From Planctomycetota bacterium (GTDB lineage: Bacteria; Planctomycetota; UBA8742; UBA2392), in NCBI GenBank assembly GCA_020848275.1, contig JADLAK010000056.1, positions 1 to 64,000 on the forward strand: a DNA stretch of 64,000 nucleotides. Reading direction: 5' to 3'. Shown here piece after piece: positions 44,730 through 53,934 of this stretch (positions are counted from its first letter, which is position 1; each line of letters begins with the position of its first letter). The notes under the pieces were generated by a model. That model searched no databases and was not told the DNA's origin. It saw nothing but the letters and a program-made list of their open reading frames with translations. The position numbers were made by a program, and so were the translations under genes.

Positions 44730-47700
44730 CTACTTTCGTTGTGGCGGCGCCAGGTCGGCCGCGCTCAGTTTCCCGGCGGCCTCATAACGTTCGCGGTCAA
44801 GCACGGTTGCCAGGGCCACGGCCCAACGCTGGTCCAGGTCGCGCAGCGCGTCAGCGTTGGAGCCTGCCTCGGCCACCACATAATAACACTGCTGCACACG
44901 ACCGTCAGGCAGGATCACCGGCTCGCCGCTGTAATAAAGATTCCACAACGCCTCCATCAGCTTGGACTTCGCGACCAGCGCGTCGGCCTCGCTCGCGGCA
45001 AGGTTGAAGCCGCGGTAGGGCGCGCAGAAACCGTCGAGCAGCGCAACGGCCTGCACCTGAGCCTTCACGGCGGCCTCATTGTAACGGTCGAGCGCGGCAA
45101 GTTGTTCCTGGTGCTCGCGATTGTCTTCGTCAAGGGCGCGTGCACGCAGGTATTCGATGCCCGCGTGCTCGGCGTGCACCTTCTCGAAGTCCGCTTGCAG
45201 CTTGCCGTAGTTGACGATCAGCGGCCGCGTCTTCATTTCATCGACCGAGGCCTGGATCAAGTCGCGAGCGGCGCCGCGCTTGGCGATTTCCTGGTCGAGG
45301 GCGACGCTCTTTTGTTTTTCGGTGTCGAGGCGCTTGATTTCGTCCTTGGCTTTGTCGCCGGCGTCGACAGCGGCAAGTAGCCCGGCAAGTTCGTCGCGCA
45401 GGGGCGTAGCGTCGTCCTCCAGTTTCTTGAGGGCGATGTCCTGGTCTTCGAGCGCGAACTGCGCCTTGGAAAGCACGTCGGCGGCTTCGCCCCACTGCAC
45501 GGCGAGCACTTCGAGTTCAGCCTTGGCGTCTTCCTGGGCCTTTTGCGCGGCCTCGGCATCTGCGACAGAAGCCTTCTGACTGGCTAACTCTTGCTTCCCT
45601 TCACTGACCTTGGCTTCCCATTCCGCTACTTTGCCCTCTGTAGTTACTACCTCGGCATTGCAATCTTTTTGTTTTTGCCATGCTTCGCCAAGTGCCTTCT
45701 CCGCATTCGTAAGGCTCAGTTCCGCAAGATTCAGAGATTCGTCGGCTTTGTTCTTCGCACCACGAGCTTTTTCCTCCACCACCTTTGCTTTTTTCAGGTC
45801 CTCCTGAAGAGGGCTTTTCGCGCGATCCTTCTCCGGCAGCGCGTCGATCTTCTTCTGGATTTCCTCGACAGTCTTTTCCGCCTTCTTTAGTTCTGCGTCG
45901 GCTTGTTCAGCCTCTGACTTCCTGTCCGCGGCAGCGACTCGAAGATCTTGATCCTGTTTTTCTAGTTGATCAAACTCTGCTTTTGCCCCTTCAGCTTTCT
46001 TTTTTGCTTCGGTCAGTCGCGCCTTGGCGAGTTTGAGCTGAGCCTCTGCGGTTTCCAAAGCGGGAATTACCTTCTTTTCTAGAGCAATTATAAGCCCCTC
46101 GACCAATTCCTTGGCCTGCGCGAGTTTTTCGGCGGTGTAGGGATTGGCCTTCTGCCTGGCCGAGATCTCGTCGACGGTCTTCTGCTTGTCCGTGACGGCG
46201 GCGGCCAGCGGCACGCGCGCGCGTTTGCCGTCGTCGATCTTCGACTCGAAGCCGTTGAGCTTGAAGCGCACGAGTTCGAGTTTGCTGCGCGCTTCGCCCG
46301 CCGCCTTTTCAATCTTGCGCTGGTCCTCAAGAAGCAGGTCGAGCGCCTTGCGCTTGGAGCCGTCGAGGTCGAAGTAGGGATCGGCCTTGAGTTTTTCGAT
46401 CTCGGCGTTGTCCTCGCCGATGCGTTTGATCAGCTTGTCGAGGTCGTTCTTGAGCGCGATCGCCTTGGTCAATTCCTGTTCACGCAGGTTCACTTCCGTT
46501 TCCAGTATCTGCGCCCGGCCCAGCAGCGTCTTGGCCGCGCTGCCCAGCGTCGCGAAGCTGTCGGCGCGCGACACCCAGCGCGCGACAATCTCGCGCATCA
46601 GCGGCGCCGAGGCCACCAGGTCATGGTCGCTGATGCGCAGCGGCCCCTTGGGCGGCAACTGGTCGTCGGGCAGCGTCTTGTTTTCGTCGATGCGCTTTTG
46701 CGCTTCCGGCACATTCTTCGAAAGCTCCGCCTCGAACTCACGTTCGAAGGCATAGATCTCGTCACGGCCGATGCGCACCACGTAACGTTCGCGGTACTCC
46801 AGCAGCGCCTGCGCAAGCTTGTGCAGGCGGCGTTCAAGCTCGAGTGTGCTGTTTTCGGCGCGCAGTGGATAGATTTCCGTCGTCAGCCAGTGCAGGTCGT
46901 CCTTGAAGCGTTCGGTCTGGTCCAGCCGCAACAACTTGAAGTTTTCGTTGCCCTGCTCGCCGACCACGGGCGAGGCCTTGCCGTAAAACACCATCCACTG
47001 GTCGCGGTTGACGGCCTGGCCCTGGCTATAGCCCTGGCGCGCGTTGACGGACCCGCGAAACACGCGCAACACCGCCAGCGGCGCCGCGTCGGCCCCGCCG
47101 GCCAGATTCAGCGGCAGCATCGCCAGCGCACGGTCGCCGGTCACAAGGTCGAACTCGGCCGTCGTGCCGGAAATTTCGTACTGCCCGCGGCCAAACGTGA
47201 CGGCGAACTTCTGGCCTGCGGCGGCAAAGCGCGCCCAGATTTCGCCCTTGGCGAGCGCGACGACCTGGCGCACGCCCTCGCGCGGCTCAAGCACCACCAG
47301 CGTCGAGTCAGGCGCGATCACGACGCGGTTGGCGAAGTCGAGTTGCAGCGTCGCCTGCGCGCCCGGCGAGGTCTGCACTTCCTGGTTCATTACCAGCCGC
47401 TTGCTGCGCGAGACCGAAAGCGGGCGTGAATCAAGCAGCACGCGGCCTTCGCTGCGTTCAAGCATTACGTCGGGCGGTGCGACGTAGGCCCCCGTGCGGT
47501 GCAGCAGGAAAAGCAACGCCGCCATTCCCGCTATCTGGAGCCAAAGCGCCGCGGCGGGCGGGATACCCATGGCGCGGTAAGGGCTGCGGGCGCGCACGCC
47601 GACCTGGATGCGCGACATGTCAAAGGGCGGAAACGTAAAGGCCTGGCGCAGCGCGATGGCCTGGTGGCGCAGGGCATCAAGCCGCGCCTGCGTGCCGCGG

Positions 47701-47795
47701 TCGGCAAGGGCCCGGCGCTCGATGCGGTCAGTGCCCTTGCGGTCGAGGCCGCCGCGCACGTATTCGCGGATCTCGGAGTCCGACTTCCAGGTCAT
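44730..47795 (-). CDS. Giant FecR-domain (anti-sigma-like) protein: cytoplasmic N-terminus, TM helix, FecR-like sensor domain, then a continuous coiled coil of about 800 aa
   Basis: Start assigned to MTWKSDSEIREY (ATG 47795-47793). It overlaps the sigma gene's TGA stop as ATGA. TM helix AAALWLQIAGMAALLFLL. FecR-like EGRVLLDS...LAKGEIWARF...FAVTFGRGQYEISGTTAEFDLV. The remainder is heptad-rich. Confidence 0.6.
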   Translation of the reverse strand: MTWKSDSEIREYVRGGLDRKGTDRIERRALADRGTQARLDALRHQAIALRQAFTFPPFDMSRIQVGVRARSPYRAMGIPPAAALWLQIAGMAALLFLLHRTGAYVAPPDVMLERSEGRVLLDSRPLSVSRSKRLVMNQEVQTSPGAQATLQLDFANRVVIAPDSTLVVLEPREGVRQVVALAKGEIWARFAAAGQKFAVTFGRGQYEISGTTAEFDLVTGDRALAMLPLNLAGGADAAPLAVLRVFRGSVNARQGYSQGQAVNRDQWMVFYGKASPVVGEQGNENFKLLRLDQTERFKDDLHWLTTEIYPLRAENSTLELERRLHKLAQALLEYRERYVVRIGRDEIYAFEREFEAELSKNVPEAQKRIDENKTLPDDQLPPKGPLRISDHDLVASAPLMREIVARWVSRADSFATLGSAAKTLLGRAQILETEVNLREQELTKAIALKNDLDKLIKRIGEDNAEIEKLKADPYFDLDGSKRKALDLLLEDQRKIEKAAGEARSKLELVRFKLNGFESKIDDGKRARVPLAAAVTDKQKTVDEISARQKANPYTAEKLAQAKELVEGLIIALEKKVIPALETAEAQLKLAKARLTEAKKKAEGAKAEFDQLEKQDQDLRVAAADRKSEAEQADAELKKAEKTVEEIQKKIDALPEKDRAKSPLQEDLKKAKVVEEKARGAKNKADESLNLAELSLTNAEKALGEAWQKQKDCNAEVVTTEGKVAEWEAKVSEGKQELASQKASVADAEAAQKAQEDAKAELEVLAVQWGEAADVLSKAQFALEDQDIALKKLEDDATPLRDELAGLLAAVDAGDKAKDEIKRLDTEKQKSVALDQEIAKRGAARDLIQASVDEMKTRPLIVNYGKLQADFEKVHAEHAGIEYLRARALDEDNREHQEQLAALDRYNEAAVKAQVQAVALLDGFCAPYRGFNLAASEADALVAKSKLMEALWNLYYSGEPVILPDGRVQQCYYVVAEAGSNADALRDLDQRWAVALATVLDRERYEAAGKLSAADLAPPQRK

Positions 47796-48433
47796 GCGAA
47801 GGACTCCTTGATAATGCCGCGCGACAACAGCGCGCCCGCCGCGGATTCGATCAATTCCTCGACCGACGCCTGCGGCGTGCCGAACCAATGCGCAATCAGG
47901 CCGGAGTCAAAGCCAAAGCGGAAATACAGCGCCAGCACCTCGCGTTCACGCGCCGAGATGCACTCAAGGCCCATGCGGGCACGTTTGCTGTGCACCTTGA
48001 CGTCCTGGGGACGAAAGCGCGTGGTGTTGTTTTCACGAAACGCGCGCAACGTGCCCTCGCTGACCATCTGCGCGAGGTCGCCTTCGGTAATCTGGAGTTC
48101 CGCCAGCACTTCGTCGAGCGTGTAGCTTTCGTTGTCCTTGGGCTCGACAGCGGGCGCCTCGAGCAGCCTGCGATGGCGCGCGCGCAGGGTGCGCACGGCG
48201 CTCTCGAACAAATAGCGTCGGAAACTTTCGTCGCTGGAGGTATCGGCGGCGCGCAATTGCGTGATGATGTCGACAACGATGTCCTCAAGCAGTTGTTCGA
48301 ACTCGTCGCCGCGCCTGGGAACAACGGCGGTGGCATAGTCGGCGAGGTCCGTGCCGTAGGAACGCAAAAGCAGGTTGATGGAGCCCAGCCGGGCCTTGAT
48401 GATGCTGTTGACGATTTTGGCCGGCTCAATCAT
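47792..48433 (-). CDS. Sigma-70-family (ECF-like) protein with an inserted excisionase-type HTH (HTH_17-like) module between region 2-like and region 4-like segments
   Basis: Region-2-like DLADYATAVVPRRGDEFEQLLEDIVVDIITQL. Insert LDEVLAELQITEGDLAQMVSEGTLRAFRENNTTRFRPQDV. Region-4-like ISAREREVLALYFRFGFDSGLIAHWFGTPQASVEELIESAAGALL. Confidence 0.55.
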   Translation of the reverse strand: MIEPAKIVNSIIKARLGSINLLLRSYGTDLADYATAVVPRRGDEFEQLLEDIVVDIITQLRAADTSSDESFRRYLFESAVRTLRARHRRLLEAPAVEPKDNESYTLDEVLAELQITEGDLAQMVSEGTLRAFRENNTTRFRPQDVKVHSKRARMGLECISAREREVLALYFRFGFDSGLIAHWFGTPQASVEELIESAAGALLSRGIIKESFA

Positions 48434-48474
48434 TCAATTGTGGATTGTGGATTGCGAATTGCGGATTGAAAGGC

Positions 48475-49776
48475 CTAAGAGCCTGTTTCCTTGTCTTCGT
48501 CGACGGCAAACAGCGCATCGACGAAGTTGCCGGCGTCAAAGCCCTGGATGTCGTCAAAGCTTTCACCCAGGCCCACGAATTTAACGGGCACCTCGACCTT
48601 TTCGTTGATCGTCAGTACCGCGCCGCCCTTGGCGGTGCCGTCAAGCTTGGCCAAAAACAGCCCCGTCACGTTGGCGGCGGCCTTGAAGGTCGTTGCCTGG
48701 TTCAAGGCGTTCTGCCCGGTTGTCGCGTCCAGTACAAGTACGGTTTCGTGGGGCCCGCCGCCCACCTTTTTCCCGATCGCCCGGGTGATCTTGGTAAGTT
48801 CGTCCATCAGGTTCTTCTGAGTATGCAGGCGGCCCGCGGTATCGACCAGCAGCACGTCGGCGCCGACTTCAACGGCGCGCTCGGCGGCCCGGTACGCAAC
48901 GGCCGCGGGATCCTCACGGTCCTTGCCCGTGACAATTTCGCAGCCGATGCGCTCGGACCACGTCGTGAGTTGCTGGACCGCCGCGGCGCGGAAGGTGTCC
49001 GCCGCCGCAAGCACCACGTGTTTGCCGTCACGCTCAAAGAAACGCGCGAGCTTGGCGACGCTGGTGGTCTTGCCCACGCCGTTGACGCCGACGACGAGGA
49101 TGATCGTCGGTTTAACAGGCGCAAAATTGACCGTGTTCCCTCGATGGGTGAGGCGGCGCTTTAGTTCGTCTTTGATGTACGGAAGTATCTGGTCGGTCGT
49201 TTCGATCTTCGTGCTCTTCCAGGCGCCGCGGATCAGGTCCATCAGGTATTCGCTGGTCTCGACGCCGAAATCCGCCTCGAGCATCGACTCCTCAAGCTTC
49301 GTCAGCGTTTCTTCGTCGATCTTTTTGCCCAGGCCGACAAGCCCCAGCACCTTGCGGCTGAAAATCATGCGCGTCTTCGAAATCGCGCGCGTGAGTTTCT
49401 TGAAGAAGCCGCGTTTCTCGGGCTGGGGCTCGGAAGGGTTTGATGCCGCCGCCTGCCTGCCGGAAACCGGCTTGTTGCGTCCCGACGATTTGGCCGCGGC
49501 ATTGCGGCCTGATCCGCCCTTGGCGGGCGCCTTGGGCGGCGGCAATTCGGTCGGCGGGTGGCTTGGCGGCACGGCGGGCGTGGGTGCGGTGCCCGGCGGT
49601 TTTGACGGCACAGGCGGCGTGCCCGGCGTGTTTGGCTTTGTCGGCGGCGGGGCCGAAGGCGGCAGCGCCGGCGGATTACCGGGCAGCGGCGCGGGCTTTT
49701 GCGGCGATCCCGGCTTGGGCGGGCCGGCGTCAGAAACCTCAGGCGGCGCTTTTTTCTTGAAGAAGTTGAATACCAC
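48475..49776 (-). CDS. ftsY: Signal recognition particle receptor FtsY with a Pro-rich N-terminal region
   Basis: NG domain: GVNGVGKTTSVAKLA, DTAGR, TKLDGTAKGG; N-terminal PPALPPSAPPPTKPNTPGTPP. Confidence 0.85.
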   Translation of the reverse strand: MVFNFFKKKAPPEVSDAGPPKPGSPQKPAPLPGNPPALPPSAPPPTKPNTPGTPPVPSKPPGTAPTPAVPPSHPPTELPPPKAPAKGGSGRNAAAKSSGRNKPVSGRQAAASNPSEPQPEKRGFFKKLTRAISKTRMIFSRKVLGLVGLGKKIDEETLTKLEESMLEADFGVETSEYLMDLIRGAWKSTKIETTDQILPYIKDELKRRLTHRGNTVNFAPVKPTIILVVGVNGVGKTTSVAKLARFFERDGKHVVLAAADTFRAAAVQQLTTWSERIGCEIVTGKDREDPAAVAYRAAERAVEVGADVLLVDTAGRLHTQKNLMDELTKITRAIGKKVGGGPHETVLVLDATTGQNALNQATTFKAAANVTGLFLAKLDGTAKGGAVLTINEKVEVPVKFVGLGESFDDIQGFDAGNFVDALFAVDEDKETGS

Positions 49777-49808
49777 TGGCGAATCCTCTGAGACGCCCCC
49801 GGCCCGGG

Positions 49809-50261
49809 TTAAACCTTCTGAGGACAGAGCGTCTGGTACAGCTTGTCGAGCAAGCCGTTCACAAACGCGCCGGATTTCTCGGTCGAATACTTTTTCGCCA
49901 GCTCAATGGCTTCACTGATCGTCACCTTCGGGGGCACTTCCTGCGAGTAAAGCAGTTCCGTGGTGCCAAGGCGAAGGATCGCGCGGTCAACAGCGGGCAT
50001 GCGCGACAGCAGCCAGTTGATGGCGACTTCCTGGATGCGCGCATCGACTTCGGGCAGGTGTTCGCGCGCAGAGGCGAAAATTTGCCGCGCATGGCGGCGC
50101 ACGTCGGCCTGGTCGGTCTCGCCCTGCAGCAGCACCTCAACCTGGTCCTCGAAGCCCTTTTTGCTGCCGAGGTCCATCACGTAGAGCAGCTTCAACGCAA
50201 GTTCGCGCGCGAGAGTGTCCTTGCGTGTACTTTCAGCGGGCCTGGAAGTTTCGGTCGTCAT
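49809..50261 (-). CDS. nusB: Transcription antitermination factor NusB
   Basis: [19 protein letters not shown]...[14 protein letters not shown]...EAIELAK; overlaps ribH (ATGA). Confidence 0.85.
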   Translation of the reverse strand: MTTETSRPAESTRKDTLARELALKLLYVMDLGSKKGFEDQVEVLLQGETDQADVRRHARQIFASAREHLPEVDARIQEVAINWLLSRMPAVDRAILRLGTTELLYSQEVPPKVTISEAIELAKKYSTEKSGAFVNGLLDKLYQTLCPQKV

Positions 50262-50764
50262 GGTTGCTGTTCGAACAGGTTGGCCATCTCAATGGCGGTG
50301 ACAGCCGCATCGTACCCTTTATTGCCCATTTTGGTACCGCAGCGTTCGATGGCTTGCTCGAGGTTTTCAGCGGTGACAACGCCAAAGATGCAAGGCACGC
50401 CGGTGCTCATCTGGGCATTGGAAACGCCGCGCGCGGCCTCGGTCGCGACGTGGTCATAGTGCGATGTCGCCCCGCGTATAATCACGCCGAGGCAAATCAC
50501 GGCGTCGAACTTGCCGCTTGCCGCAAACTTCTGCGCCGCCACGCCGAGCTCGAAACTGCCCGGCACTTTAATTTGAGTGTCGACCTTGCCGCCGTGGCGC
50601 CTGATGCCGTCAATGGCGCCTTCGACGAGCTTGTCCACAAGGTATTCATTGAAGCGCGCCGAAACGATGGCGAAGCGAAAGCCCTTGGCGAGAAGATTTC
50701 CTTCAATGAGATGCGGCTTGGCGGCGGCTGACGACTTGGACGGCACGAGGGAATTCTCCGGCAT
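50258..50764 (-). CDS. ribH: 6,7-dimethyl-8-ribityllumazine synthase
   Basis: [22 protein letters not shown]...[12 protein letters not shown]...[15 protein letters not shown]. Start set at MPENSLV; the ribH–nusB arrangement is the classical one. Confidence 0.85.
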   Translation of the reverse strand: MPENSLVPSKSSAAAKPHLIEGNLLAKGFRFAIVSARFNEYLVDKLVEGAIDGIRRHGGKVDTQIKVPGSFELGVAAQKFAASGKFDAVICLGVIIRGATSHYDHVATEAARGVSNAQMSTGVPCIFGVVTAENLEQAIERCGTKMGNKGYDAAVTAIEMANLFEQQP

Positions 50765-51378
50765 CGGGGAGGCGGATTGTAGAGGTCGCGTTATATGCGA
50801 GCAAGCCGCTTGACGGCGATGTCCCACCCGGTAGATTATTGAGACCCCAAAGAAATCCCCTAGAACGCTGATTCAAAACCCTCTCGTGGGTGCTTTTTGG
50901 CGGCGAGCGTCGCATCTCTGCGTCACCCTCTCTGCACCGTATCGCTGGGGATACGGCTCGGTCGGGCTCCTTGATCGGTTCGCTCGGCGCTTAAAAATCA
51001 CCTTACTCAGGGTATTGAAACAGCGTCTGAGCGTGCAGGATGACTTTGACGTCGTTGCGCACATCCGCGCGCCGATGTTGTCTTGCCGCCGCCGTGATGA
51101 AAAATGCCTTCGAAGGGGCTTGGCAACGGCGAAAGAAGGGAATCAGTTGGGTGTGTATATCTTGCACGAAGGCAAGGATCACTGGAAACTCTCGTTCCAC
51201 AGAGGTTCAGCAAAGCGTTGTTTAGGCGTAAGTTAGGTTTACCAGAGGTATTGGCACGTTGTGCGCTGAATTCCTGGTCTGAGAAGGGTATGGCATCACA
51301 GGCGGTGCGGCCGGATGCCTGAAGTACTGTTGGAAAGCCGACGGCAATCAGCCGCGGCTGGGGTTCAAGGAGAATTTC

Positions 51379-52590
51379 ATGAATCGTCTGGTAGGCACGA
51401 TTGCAGCCGGCATGCTCATGGGCGGCGCGTTGATGCTGGCGGGATGCGGTCCCGGTGGCATCCTCTTCAACGGCACGCAGCAGGTGGAGCAGTTCCCGGT
51501 TCGTAAAACCCCCATTACGCACTACAACCTCCCCTCGGAGATGATCAACCCTGTCACGCAGGAAGCAGTTATTGTCGAAGCGCGCCTGCCGGTGCAGGCG
51601 ACATCGTTCATCCAGCGCGGTCCCGCGGGTTATGACCTGTGGGAGCAGCGCATGTACAACCACTGCACGGATAACCCGACCTGCCCCACTCCGGCCCCCA
51701 TTCCGGACTGGATCTACGCCAACAATACCGTCGATCCGAATGACAGCGTGCCGGGCGGTCCGAACTGGAAGGGCCACGCCGTCATTGCGGCCTATGTCCT
51801 GTCGTTCATGAACCAGTGGTTTTTGCGCAATACCGACGGCAACGACCTCATTTCCGCCGTTCCCGGCCAAGCGCCGATCATGTACGAGAACGTGGCGTTC
51901 GCTTCACTCAAGATTTCGCTGCACGAGGCCCAGCGTTCGACCAGCCCGCGCAGCCCGCTGATCACCGCGGCCAACCCGTCGTTCGCGCAGCAGGAAGTCG
52001 GCGACCCGGCCACTGTGGGCGCCAACAACGTCCCGCGTGTGCGCGTTCCTTGCCAGAACATCGTGATGTGGCAGTGGGCAGCGACGCTAATCCCTGCCGG
52101 CTTGATTGCGGCGGGATGGCAGGAGGCCCCGGGCAAGAACATCCACATCGAAACAAACATGTTCCGGATGGACGGCGTTCCGGCGCCTGAGTATTTCGCG
52201 GGCAACGGCCCGATCACGACCAAGCTTGGCGTTTATCTGTTGCCTTGGATTGCACAGTGGCGCATTGCGTCGGGCCAGGCGGCGTCGGTGTTTACGGCCG
52301 ATGACAACGTACACTACGCCTACTACCTGGCTTGTATTGGCACTCACATCGTCGGTTACGGCCTGGGCGCCGTTGATAGCGCTTTTGCCGTCCCCGGGGT
52401 GGCCAACAACAAGCAACAAGACATTATGAACCTCTCCAACGTCCTTGACATGTCAGCGTATGTCGCAGGCGGCTTGGAACTTCAGTTTGTCGTGGAGGAC
52501 CTGCAGCGTTTTGCGCACGGCACCAGCGGCAACTGGCAGGCCCCCAGCGAAGACGCCACCCTGCCAGGTTTTGGACGCACCAACCCGTAA
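51379..52590 (+). CDS. Lipoprotein of unknown function (lipobox LAGCG), paralogue of the next gene
   Basis: MNRLVGTIAAGMLMGGALMLAGCG; shares the SFMNQWFLRNTDG / PNWKG motifs with 52684..53862. Confidence 0.5.
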   Translation: MNRLVGTIAAGMLMGGALMLAGCGPGGILFNGTQQVEQFPVRKTPITHYNLPSEMINPVTQEAVIVEARLPVQATSFIQRGPAGYDLWEQRMYNHCTDNPTCPTPAPIPDWIYANNTVDPNDSVPGGPNWKGHAVIAAYVLSFMNQWFLRNTDGNDLISAVPGQAPIMYENVAFASLKISLHEAQRSTSPRSPLITAANPSFAQQEVGDPATVGANNVPRVRVPCQNIVMWQWAATLIPAGLIAAGWQEAPGKNIHIETNMFRMDGVPAPEYFAGNGPITTKLGVYLLPWIAQWRIASGQAASVFTADDNVHYAYYLACIGTHIVGYGLGAVDSAFAVPGVANNKQQDIMNLSNVLDMSAYVAGGLELQFVVEDLQRFAHGTSGNWQAPSEDATLPGFGRTNP

Positions 52591-52683
52591 TTGGACCAAT
52601 GCTGTAGGTTCCCGCTCCCTGGCGGGAACCTCCCCCGAAACGAGATACCCCGCGTAGAAAACGTAGTGCAAGGAGAGATGTTT

Positions 52684-53862
52684 ATGCAAAAGATTGCGGC
52701 GGCGCTTCCAGCACTGGTTCTCGCAGCATCCTTGGGCGTGTTGGCCCTGGCGGGCAGCGGCTGTGATGGAAAATTCGCCGGTCCTCCGGCCGGCTCGGTC
52801 ACGGGCACGCCCGGCACCGATCCGCTCTTCGGCGTCACGGTGTTTACCTTCACCGTCGAGAACTGGAACGAAACCGGCTTCTACAACGACGTCTGGTACA
52901 TTGATCCGGGTCTTGACACTGACGACGGCCCCACGGGCCAGCCGAACTGGGTTGCGGACACCATCACGGTGCTGCAAGTCGCCGGCATGAAGGGCTGGAT
53001 CACCGGCGATCCGGCGCCTACACATATCGAGGTCAACAACCAATACCCACTGATGCTCTCGTTCATGAGCCAGTGGTACAGGCGCAACGCTGACGGAACG
53101 CGCATTCGTGAACGCGACCAGTTCGGCCAAATCCAGTGGTCGCCCAAGAGCTTGAACATCAACTTCCTGACCGCCCCGGTTCGCTTCCGTCAGCTGCCCG
53201 GCAACCCCTTCCCGATTCGCATTTGGGACGTGTTGCGCTCGCAGTTCCCGGCCGGCATCCCGGGCAGCATGATCTTCCTGTGGAATTCGCAGCCGCACAA
53301 CAGCCCCGGCGACTTCCCGTCACCCGTGCGCCAGTTCCTGTCCAAACAGTTCAGTGAAGTCGGCACGGTGCTGATCGATGCCCTGGTTCCATCGGGCTCG
53401 CCCCAGTTGACCAACGCCTTGGGCGTGGCGATCCAGGATTCGCCCGGCAGCTTTGGCAATCCCAACGTGCTGGGTAACGAAAACACTGAAACCATCGGCA
53501 CAATCCCGCGCAACGTCGGCGGTGGCCCGGCGGCGGTCCCGATCCCGACGGGTGTCTTCGGCGACAAGTTCGCCAAGGCTTACAGGGCTGCGCCCGTGGT
53601 GCAGTATGACTCGCCCGGCCACGACCCGATTGAAGCGGTGGTCGAGTATTGCCGTCATTGCGGCGCCTTGCACAGCAACCTGATCTGTCAGTGTATCGGC
53701 CTGATTTCCAACGAGGCCGGCACGATCATGGACACCAAGCAGGTGATCTTCCAGAACGGTTATCCCTATGCCTTTGCACAGAAGGACGTTGACACCATGT
53801 CCAAGCTGTTGCTGCCCGGAAAAGGCCGCGATCCGCGTCCACCGGCACAGCAGAACCCGTAG
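52684..53862 (+). CDS. Lipoprotein of unknown function (lipobox LAGSGC), paralogue of the previous gene
   Basis: MQKIAAALPALVLAASLGVLALAGSGC; SFMSQWYRRNADG and PNWVAD motifs. Start set at ATG 52684 downstream of an AGGAGA Shine-Dalgarno sequence. Confidence 0.5.
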   Translation: MQKIAAALPALVLAASLGVLALAGSGCDGKFAGPPAGSVTGTPGTDPLFGVTVFTFTVENWNETGFYNDVWYIDPGLDTDDGPTGQPNWVADTITVLQVAGMKGWITGDPAPTHIEVNNQYPLMLSFMSQWYRRNADGTRIRERDQFGQIQWSPKSLNINFLTAPVRFRQLPGNPFPIRIWDVLRSQFPAGIPGSMIFLWNSQPHNSPGDFPSPVRQFLSKQFSEVGTVLIDALVPSGSPQLTNALGVAIQDSPGSFGNPNVLGNENTETIGTIPRNVGGGPAAVPIPTGVFGDKFAKAYRAAPVVQYDSPGHDPIEAVVEYCRHCGALHSNLICQCIGLISNEAGTIMDTKQVIFQNGYPYAFAQKDVDTMSKLLLPGKGRDPRPPAQQNP

Positions 53863-53934
53863 CATCGCAGCCCCCTTGGCATGAACTTGAGGTCCCCGAC
53901 TCCGACTTACGTGACGATGCACAGGAACCATACC

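Noticed and set aside
50828-51010. Possible FMN riboswitch upstream of ribH
   Set aside because: The reverse-complement of the leader shows none of the conserved RFN-element segments. No riboswitch is called.
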